A stretch of 64,000 bases of DNA from Lama guanicoe. Taxonomy: Eukaryota. A program made the translations under genes and the position numbers. The notes under the pieces are model-generated. The model searched no databases. It was given only the letters and a program-made list of their open reading frames with translations, and was not told the origin of the DNA. Location: NCBI GenBank assembly GCA_013239625.1, contig MU054187.1, positions 6,769,757-6,833,756 on the forward strand, written 5' to 3'. This document shows, one piece after another, positions 54,126 to 64,000 of this stretch (position 1 is the stretch's first letter; each line of letters opens with the position of its first letter).

Positions 54126-56520
54126 TACAGTTCAATACATACAGTTCAATGTATTGATGCATACAATCTAATAACTGGAGGGTACAATGAAGTTACAAAG
54201 TTCAGTAATGAAGAACAGCATTTAGACCCTCTAGGAAATCAAGAAGCTGAATATGAAGCAACCAGTCAACCAGTCTGACTGAACAAGAATCAGAACCTTG
54301 AAGAGTAGTAGAATGATCCCTGTGAGGCAGGCTGAATGCACAATAATGAGATGTTATTAGGGATACAGAAATATAAATATGTCTTATTTTCTCAGGATAG
54401 AAAAGATGAAAGAAAATCAGATATTACCAAAAAGGAAAAAAAGGAAGGAAAGAATCAATAAAGGAAACCAACCCAACTGTTACTTGAAAAACATGGTTCA
54501 CATTAAAAGAATTTAAAAAATTGTCATAATTTTGTGTGTAGGAACATAATAAAGTACATAAACACATGAGTTGTGATGTTGGGACTAGAAGAGCAATGTG
54601 ATCTTAGCTAATGCTTTCACATTAAGTATGTTTGTATGTCATAAAATAAATGTCATTTTTTGTTTATAATATTTAGAATCAACCTACAGAAAAAGCATTA
54701 GAGTTGAAAATTTCATTAGAGTTTTAGACTAGAATGTAAGTCATATTCAATAGTATAAAAGTGTATTAAATTAAAGACATGAGGGGCTTAAAGTTCTATT
54801 GTATATTATGCATGTCATGGCAAAAGAAAAAGTATCACATCGCATTAAACTTCTTTCTGTTTTCAAAACTGCCAGAGATGGGCCTACTCTGCTGTCGTAT
54901 GCCTAAGTTACACACACACGCACACAGAGAGATGATCTCTTGAAAATGGTCATTTCCACTGATATCTGCATTGCCTAAAATGCCTATTATGATATTTTGT
55001 ACACCTGCATGTAATACATATTTTGTCTGTACTTGCTAAACTCAATTTTTACTTAAATAAATAACTTACAAAAACTCCAGATAACAGGGCATGTTCCTGG
55101 ACATTTGCCTATGCTGAATCTATAGAATAAGCTTTGTCCAAAATAAAATAGGATAAGAATGTTCTTAAGAACTGAGTACCCTCAAATTCATTGTAAGTAA
55201 AGTGAGCTGCCTTTTATTCTTGTTCTTCCTGCTGACTATATAGGCAGAAACAATATAACGATAGTAGCTTGAGAATCAATACAGACCCGCTTACAGTTTT
55301 GTTGATAGTCGTGAATCAAACTGTGAAGTTTAAGCATATTGTGTGAATTGATGCTGTCTTCTGAAAAAGCTTTGTTTAATAGTTTAGGAACTCATGTCCA
55401 AAATTATTTTATAATCACTATATTTTGAAGCATCCACCCTTTCTTTTAAAGAGACTTTAAAAGCTCTAATTAGAATTCACATTAGCTAAACTGATGATTT
55501 CCGAGAAAATTTCAAGTAAGTGTCTTGGGCTATTAATGTACGTATCTTTAGACCTGGTAAGTCCTTGTAGCCCACAGATCCACCACCATTGCCCACTCTT
55601 TTTGTGCTCTAAAGTTTCCTAATATGCAGCCATTCTCCCAAAGACTTTTTATGTTTGGAGTTGATTGATCCCTGGTTTCTGTGGATAGTCAAGGTCTAGA
55701 AAAAATGGTATTTCAAATCATGCCTTTAAATACTGTGTATGGCATTGAGAAGTAATATAATGACCCTCATATCACAGTTATACTCCATAGAGATTTACTA
55801 CCAATAGTCCCAGTGCGTTGGAGATTATTTGCTTGGAGAAGTTGAGGTGGATCTTGTTTTTTCCTGTTCTTTGACTTTTTGTATCAGCTAAAAGTGACCC
55901 AAGTGACCACTAGTTCTTACTGCAGTGCTTATGAGTGAGGAGCAATCATAAATCTATGGAGGAGGTAATTTTTAAAAATACCAAATATATTTGTACAAAT
56001 TATTCTTCAAAATAGCATTACTAGGTGAACTAATTATCTTAGAATATTTGAGTTAGGTTCCTGTAAGGTCTCTACAATTTAAGTCCATGTACCTTGAGAC
56101 ATAGTTGCTCTTGGGATTTAATCAATGATTGATACTAGATGTATGAACCTCTTTAGAGAATCCTGTGTGATGACTCAGCAATCAACTAGCAGAGTGATGA
56201 CAAAATCATCGGAAGCAGGTGACAACTATTTCACCAATATGTCACCAACTATTTCTCAATATGTCAAGGAATAAGCCAAAGCATTAAAGAAATGCTTTAA
56301 AGTCTGGAAGAATAGCAATATTATAGATAAAAAATTATTTAGCACCTTAATTTTTCCACATCTGTTAATCTCATGTGATGCTAATAAAAGAATGGGCTGT
56401 GTTATTCCTACTGGCTCTATGAGAGGCAAGAACAATCGGCTAATGAGCTGCAGAGCTAAGACTATGTTTTGTCTCTTGATCCTATTTTATTTCTATCATA
56501 ACATCCTGAAATCATGCAGT

Positions 56521-56565
56521 AAAACAAAACAAAACAAAACAAAACAAAACAAAACAAAACAAAAC
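56521..56565. repeat. (AAAAC)9 pentanucleotide repeat
   Basis: aaaac repeated 9 times. Confidence 0.97.
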
Positions 56566-58464
56566 AACCTCTTTGTTTAATAAGGGTAAGTTTCAAAATA
56601 AGCTTTGTCACCAAGATAGGGACCATTACCAGTTGCAGTTTTCACCACTTTAGTACTGAGTAGACCAGCTCCTCACCAAGCCTGCCTGTTCATACGCCAT
56701 TCTTGTTTCCAAAAGCAGTTATTGTTTCCTGAAAATTTCATTGATAGAGCACTTTCCTGCAAAATTTATGATGTAGCAATATAGCATTTGACATAAATAA
56801 ATGCAGATCTGACTTCACAACATGTAATAGGACTTAAATGAAAGGAGAGAGAAGTGTTTCCAGCATGTCATGGCTCCTAGTAATACACTTAAAAAAATGT
56901 CAATATTATGAGTAAGTCCTTACCCTTGGTGTAGAGAAAATTGCTTTCATGCAAGTAATGAAGAAAATCACTTATGCTGTGTCGAGTGGTTCTTAATGAT
57001 CGATAACAATCAATACTTAGCACTTACATAATAGTTTTCATCTTCAAGCCACTTACGCATTAAACAAATTCAAGACTGTTATTTTCTCACAAGAAAATCC
57101 ATAGGCTGTGAAGCTGTAGTTCGCTTATCATTCCAGACTCTGGGATGTGAATGGTGGAGTTACCAATTCACACAAATCACGTGATGAAAGATTATTTTAG
57201 CAGTTAAGGACAATTATGTCCATTGTAAACTTTATTATTTATAAAAGTAAGAGATGCTTTTACTATCAAAAATGTCTGAATACACAGAAGTATCAAGAAG
57301 GAAATAAAAATCATATAATTACTCCCATTCCTATTATACTTGAAGACACTATTAATATGTTAGTACAGTTTCTTTTCATTTTTAAATGTGTACATCTCAC
57401 ATGTTTATGGCATGTATGTTTATTTTTGAAGTGTATATAGTTTTTGTAAATCAAATGAATATCTAGTTTGTTGCCCTGATTTTTCACTGAGTAATGGGCA
57501 TGAACATTTAGAAAAAAGCTTCAAAAATTCTTTCTTACATAATAATTTTAGTTTTATTATAGACTACAGTAGACTTAAAAAAAAACAGTCTAGATAATGG
57601 AGTAATATAAATAACATAAAACAAGAAAATAACAAGAAGAAAATGTTCTCACAAATGACCAAATACTCTTTTTTTCTTTTTTCCCTTTCTAGTTTTTCCT
57701 TCTTTTTTTAAGAGGTCAGGTGATTGTCTTGTAGGATTTCTCACATCTAAATTTTATTAAGGAAGCAGTTATTTCCTCTTAGTGCTGTCCAGCTTGTTTC
57801 TCTACCTTCTTTATTTTCTGTAAATGTAGTGGGACCTCACACTCCATTTTGTCTAGGAATGCCCTGACCACTGACATCTGGCTGTTTGCTTTCAGAGTCA
57901 AGATTCTGAGTCAACAGCTGAGTCAAAGTCAGTGGCTGAGGTGCCACATTTTAGAGCAAACCACACAGAGCACAGAGTTGGAATTTTATGGGCGAAATAC
58001 CATCATCCCAGAGGCAACCTCAGGGCCAGAACTGTTACATCAGTTCTGTTGTTGTCATTGTTGTTTCGGTTTTGGTGAGAGTCCAGATCTGGCTAGCCAA
58101 GTGCACATACTGTAAACAGCAGTAACTGAGAATGTAGCATAGTAAGCAATTGGTAAGAGAAGAAATGTCAGTGAGGATACAATGTAATGAGAATGGACTC
58201 ACTGTTTACTCATTGAATGGTAACCGCAGTAACAACAAAAGAGGATACAAAGTTCATGTTGAGATAAGACTTTTCACCTTAGCTCAACTAAGAGGAATTC
58301 CAAAAAGTAAGATGAGTCTAGAGGCCTCACAGTTTGGTAGATATCCAGGACACAAAAAATTTTAAATTGTTTACAAGTCTATTATCATATGCATGTTGTT
58401 AACAGCTGAAAATATTATGACTAATACTTTTACAATGAAAATCTCCATATATGTGTACCATATT

Positions 58465-59350
58465 ATTTTTAAGTAAGATGAACTTTACGTAACAAAATTC
58501 ATCATTTTAATCATTTTAAAGTGTGCAGTTCAGTGTGTTTTGGTATACTGAAATGTTGCACAACCATCACCATTACCCTACTCCAGAGCATTTTCATCAT
58601 TCCCCAAAAGAAACCTTAATATTAATTAGTATTCACTCTGAATTGCCTCCTCCCCACAAGCTCTGGAATTCACTAATCTGTTTTCTGTTTCTATGGATTT
58701 ATTCATTCCAGAAATTTCATATAAATGAAATCATATAATATGTGGCTTTTTGTGTCTGTATTGTTTCACTGAGCATGTTTTAAAGTTTTATCTATCTTAT
58801 AATAGTTATCAGTACTTCATTCCTTTTTACAGGCAGATGACATTCCAGAGTATGGATATACAATATTTGTTCTTTCATCTATCAACTGATGAACAATTTG
58901 AGTTGTTTCTACTTTTTGGCTATTACAAATAATACTGTTAGGAACATTCATGGATAAGTTTTTGTGTAGACATTTGATTTCACCTCTCTTGGTTATATTT
59001 GAAGGGGTAGAATTGTTGGGCCACATGGTAACTCTATGTTTAACTATTTAAGGAACTGCAGAATGGTTCTTCACAGATTGCACCGTTTAACAAGCCAATT
59101 AGCAATGCACAAGGGTCCAATTTCTCCAGGCCTTGCCAACAATTGTTATTTATCTTTTTTTTTCTTTTTTATTATAGCCATCCTAGTGAACATAAAGTGA
59201 TTTCTCATTGTGGATTTCATTTGCATTTTCCTAGTGATTTATGATGTGGGCTTCTTTCATGGGCTTATCAGCCACTTATATAACCTCTCTGGAGAAATGT
59301 CTGTTTAAATCCTTCCCCCATTTTTTAAGTGGTTGTTAGTTTCTTACTGA
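58465..59350 (-). mobile_element. L1MB-like 3' fragment
   Basis: ttttaaagtgtgcagttcagtg...ttgcacaaccatcacca...tatagccatcctagtg...tttgcattttcctagtga...ggagaaatgtctgtttaaatcc. Confidence 0.88.
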
Positions 59351-59351
59351 G

Positions 59352-59958
59352 ACTTTTTTATTGTGGTAAAATACACATAACATAAAATTTACCATTTTAA
59401 GCATTTAAAAATGTAAAATTCAGTGGCATTAAGTACATTCATAACATTGAGCAGTCATCACCACTATCTAGTTTCAGAACTTTTTCATCACCCCAGGTGG
59501 AAACTCCATACCCATTTAGTAGTCACTCCCCATGCCCCCTTCCCCAACCTCTGGAAGTCACGTATCTGCTTTCTGTCTTTATGGATTTGCCTACTCTGGG
59601 CATTTAATAGAAGTAGAATCATATAATATGTGGCATTGCATGTCTGGCTTCTTTTACTTATATGTTTTCAAGGTTCATCCATGTTTTAACATGTATTACT
59701 ACTTCATTATTTATTATAGCTGCATAATATTCCATTATCTGGGAATACCAAGTTTGGCGTATCTATTCATCCTTTGATAGACATTTGGATTGTTTCCACC
59801 TTCTAGTTACTGTGAATAGTGCTACTGTGAACATTTCTGTACTAGTATTTGTTTGAAAACCTGTTTTCAATTCTTTGGGGTATATACGTCAGAGGAGAAT
59901 TATTGGCTCATATGATAATACTATGTTTAACTTGATAAGGGATTGTTTTTCATAGAGG
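59352..59958 (-). mobile_element. Second L1MB-like 3' fragment, nested or adjacent
   Basis: ttttttattgtggtaaaatacacataacataaaatttaccatttt...cagtggcattaagtacattc...ttctttggggtatatac. Confidence 0.88.
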
Positions 59959-60538
59959 CTACAAAGCTTCAGTAATCAAAACAGTATAGTCCTGGCACAA
60001 AATAGACACATAGGTCAGTGGAACAGAACAGAGAGCCCAGACATAAGCTCACACTTGTATTGCCAATTAATCTTTGACAAAGGAGGTGAGAATATACTAC
60101 AGGGAAAAGACAGCCAATTCAGTAAGTGTTGCTGGGAAATCTAGCCAGCTACATACAAAAGAATCAAACTGGACTACTTTCTCACAACATACACAAAAAT
60201 AAGCTCAAAATTTAAGACTTAAATGCAAGACCTGAAACCATAAAACTCTTAGAAGAAAACACAGGCAGTATGGTCTTTGAAATCGGTCTTAGCAATAACT
60301 TTTTGATCTGTATTCTCAGGCAAATGAAACAAAAGCAAAAATAAGCAAATGGGATTACATCAAACTAATAAATACTTTTGTACAGGAAAGGAAGCCATCA
60401 ACAAAATAAGAGGCAAGTTACTGAATAGGAGAATATATTCATAAATGACATATCTGACAAGGGCTTAATATATCCAAAATACATAAAAATCTCAGACAAC
60501 TCATTATTCAAAAAACAAAGAATTCAATTAAAAAATGC
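59959..60538 (+). mobile_element. L1 ORF2 3' fragment (laurasiatherian type)
   Basis: tacaaagcttcagtaatcaaaacagta...tggaacagaacagagagcccaga...aagacctgaaaccataaaactcttagaagaaaac...aattaaaaaatg. Confidence 0.9.
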
Positions 60539-60545
60539 AGGATAT

Positions 60546-60627
60546 CCATGTATGACTGAAAAATTGTGCTGAACACTGAAATTTGACACAACATTGTAAA
60601 ATGATTATAAATCAATAAAAAATGTTA
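60546..60627 (+). mobile_element. Very short young L1 3' terminal insertion with 16-bp TSD
   Basis: tgtatgactgaaaaattgtgctgaacactgaaatttgacacaacattgtaaaatgattataaatcaataaaaaatgtt, flanked by aaaaaatgcaggatat at 60530-60545 and 60628-60643. Confidence 0.85.
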
Positions 60628-62189
60628 AAAAAATGCAGGATATAGAATTCTTGGTTGACACTTTTTCTGTTTTTCTAGCACTTTGAATATATCATCTCAC
60701 TGCCTTCTGGCTTCCATGATTTCTGATAAAAAACCACTGTTAATCTTTTTGAGCATACTTTAACATTCTTTCTTTTTTCATGTATATGCACCAAGACATA
60801 ACTAACCATTTCTCTGTAAATATTTTCAACAAATGTCCCTGGCTGGTGTCATAGGAAAGGAAAGTTCCAGGCAGGTGAGATAAAGAAAAGTCTTTTGATT
60901 ATTATCACCCAGGGAGCTACTATACGGATGAACTAATAACAAATTGCAAATCAGATGTATTCTGTTCCTTCTGGTACTAGTACTGTGAAGGCAGACTGTC
61001 AGTTTTAAAGCTTCCACTGGGCATTGGGAGATGGGTTTACAGTTAGTTAAAACACCAAATGCTCACTTAACTTATCTTACCAAAATTTTGTTTATAATCC
61101 ATCGCTGGGTTGCTGCAAGCTTGTCATTATTTTCCCGAGTTGTGAAAAAGTGGACTTTGGCAGTTTTTTTGGACGTTTTTTTCATAGTTTTTATGGAGAG
61201 AAGGGTTTAGGAATTTCTTCTTTCACCATTTTTTGCTGAGGCATTCTTGTACTATTATTTTTAATAATGACTAAGATAATTAAAATATATATTCATGTAA
61301 ATACATAAGAAATAGGAAGACCACAACTAATCTTGATTTGTAAGTGTTGTCCAAACTGACCTTATCCTATGGTAATAAAACTCTTGCTTTGAGTTTTCCA
61401 AACAATTATATATGTGTTGCTCTATATTTATAACAATTCATGTTATAAATATAGTATCATAAATAAATAAATATATCGTATCCTGAATCAAAGCATAAGA
61501 AACTCAGTGTAAAGAAAAACAAATGTCTTCAACTATGCTGGTATTACCATCATTACTTAATACTGGCCCATATTAAGGATTTTCAGAATATGCATTTTTA
61601 GGGAAATTTGACCCTCCAAATCATTTCTATCTACCTCGTTAATGTAAAGTAATAACAAATGTTTCCAGAAATAAATTCATTAAACTCAATATGCAAAATA
61701 ATAAAAATGTACTTGGCCAGATAGATCTCTTATAGCAAAATTATTTGCCAAATTTAGGAAATAAACTTTTTTCTTTTTCCTGCCATCTGACTTTAAATTA
61801 AGCACATATAAACTGAACTGAAGTGAAGTTAGAAAGCCTGGAGTCCTCCACATTTGCTGTTTCTTCTCCATCGCCACCCCCTATGCTCCCTTGTACCCTA
61901 GAAGGCTGTGAAGAACATTAATGGGTAACACCTGAGGTAGATTAATTAGACTTTACAACTATATTCACTCATGTACCTTTTATATAGACTAACATTTCAT
62001 TACTCATTACCGCTACTCTAGTGGGGACAGAGTTTACCTAGAGCTCACAGTAAAGGTGAGGATATGGATAAATTAATCATGCTTCACACTGTGTGCAGAG
62101 AAAGGCTGAGGGCTACGGGGTCAGTATGTGCGTGATTGGGAACACCCTGGGAGAGGATGGATAGCTCTGCAGTCTTCTAGGTTATCAGA

Positions 62190-62818
62190 GACAGTAGAGT
62201 CTCTCCTCATGATTTTCAGATTCCTTTTTTTGTGAATTTATCTACTTTCTAACTTTATTTGTAACTCCAGTATCAGTACTTGTGGTGATTTTGTGGTCAT
62301 AAGTGGACATGTACAGAGAGGGGCAAAAATTTTGAATCACCCAACATGCATGTGCAGTGAACAAGTGTCCTTTGTGCACTCTATTTAGTGAGACTTTTTA
62401 AAAAACATTTTTGTGATTTCTTTGTTGGTGATTTTTCTGCTCAAAATGGCCCCCAAGCATTCTGCTATGGGTTGTTTAGAATTCCTAAATATAAGAAGGT
62501 TATGATATGCTTTACAGAGAAAATATGTGTATTGGATAATACACATAATTGGATTGCTTAGTTTAGGCAGAGTTATACTGCTCTTGGCCATGAATTCAAT
62601 GTTAATTAATCAACAAAACATATTACATAAAATGTCTTTAAACAGAAGCTCGCATAAAACAAGATTATGTATTGATCTATTGATGAAAATGTTACACCAG
62701 AATCTCACAGGAACCTAAGCCTGCATTTCCGTTAGGAACACTGGTTCAGCATTCACTAATTTGGTGTTTGTGGTGAATTTATAGAGCATAACTACTGAGA
62801 ATGATGAGAATTGAATAT
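62190..62818 (+). mobile_element. MER82-like TcMar-Tigger DNA transposon
   Basis: tttatttgtaactccagtatcagtacttgtggtg...ggacatgtacagag...aaaatggcccccaagcat...agagcataactactgagaatgatgagaattga. Confidence 0.75.
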
Positions 62819-63517
62819 ATTTATCAACATAAGAGAAATTTACATTATTTTCTTTGTGCCTGTCAAAATTTTTTTAACTTGTTCCTCCTGCGTATATTTT
62901 CTCTTTCCCCATCTTCTCTACACAGCAGATTCTGCTCCAAGGTTCTATAAAATAAAGAGTGTACACACATTTAAATTTATAGAAGCTGATCCAATACACT
63001 GCCTTTTTATTTGTATAAATATACAACATTCATGTTTTTCTCCAAACTGTAATAAATACAATCCTTTTCTTAAGAAATTTAACATAATGAAAATGATTTT
63101 ATACTCTTAAAATATTTTAAAGTAAATTTAAATATTTTAAAGTCTGATTGTCTCACACTAGCTAGAGAACCCCAGATTCACTAATGCTGTAAAGACTAAT
63201 CCAGTTACTGTCGGAGATTTTAAAACTCTCTGAGATTAGAAACAACATCATTGTCCTAATGGGGCTTAGAAATCTAAAAAAGGTGAAGAGTTTATTCCCT
63301 CAATAATTAATACAAATAAACAAATGACTTTAGAATAATGTAAGCCATGTGTTTTTATGGATCACAAATGAAGGTGAAATTAAAATTTCTCTATTTTTGT
63401 TGCCATTTTTCAATTGAAAAGAAGGGAATTTAGGGGCATATATAAGAATATCTTTTTTTTTTTAAAGACCAAGTTCTGATAGAAAGTGGCAAAACAGGAG
63501 AAAGAATATAAGAAAAG

Positions 63518-63860
63518 AGAATCTGACTAAAAAACGGGCAGAGGATCTAAATAGACATTTTTTCAGGGAAGACATACAGATGGACAACAGACCCATAAAA
63601 AGGTGCTCAACATCACTAATCATAAGGGAAATGAAAAATTAAAACCACACTGAGGTGCCAGCTCACCCAGTCAGAATGCTATTGTCAGCAACACAACAAA
63701 TAGTGTTGACAAGGATGTGAAGGAAAGGGAACCTTCATGTACTGCTAATGCAAATGTGAATCGATGTAGTCACTATGGAAAACAGTATGGAGGTTCCTCA
63801 AAAAATTAAAAATAGAACTACCATGTGATCTAACAATTCCACTTCTGGGTGTTTATCCAT
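63518..63860 (+). mobile_element. L1 ORF2 end fragment
   Basis: aaaaaacgggcagaggatctaaatagacatttt...aagacatacagatgg...tgctcaacatcactaatc...cactatggaaaacagtatggaggttcctcaaaaaattaaaaatagaactacc. Confidence 0.9.
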
Positions 63861-64000
63861 AACTCATTCTGGATATTTCACATAGGCACTCAGTGGAGAA
63901 CTATGGAAAAAAGGTTGCAAGTCAGTACATATTTCCCTTGTATGGCTCCAGTGATTCTAAACTGTTACACTAGCCCACTCTTGGTGACTCTGTTAGCACT

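Noticed and set aside
56223..56266. Short imperfect tandem duplication (caactatttcaccaatatgtca x2); a similar one lies at about 54124-54150
   Set aside because: Ordinary slippage micro-duplications with no sign of function

Overview
Mammalian, repeat-rich, apparently non-coding DNA. It is most likely camelid, because of a Vic-1-type tRNA-derived SINE at 22.2-22.4 kb and camelid-like L1 3' ends. I found no intact protein-coding gene. There are two landmarks. (1) A full-length processed TUBA1A (alpha-tubulin) pseudogene on the minus strand (19.68-21.36 kb), with both UTRs, a poly(A) remnant and a probable TSD. Its 3' third shows a marked excess of A/T->G/C substitutions. (2) A small CpG-island promoter (46.45-47.1 kb) with NF-Y, Sp/KLF, NRF1 and YY1 motifs and splice donors pointing both ways. 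It has no recognisable coding exons and lies next to a decayed gammaretrovirus-like (ERV1) pol remnant that becomes GC/CpG-rich toward the island. The rest is L1, L2, MIR, MaLR and DNA-transposon relics, microsatellites and a few enhancer-like unique tracts. Repeat family names come from recalled consensus sequences, not from a database search, and their boundaries are approximate. I cannot support a wholly new biological system here. The most interesting signals are local GC-biased evolution patches and the orphan bidirectional promoter.
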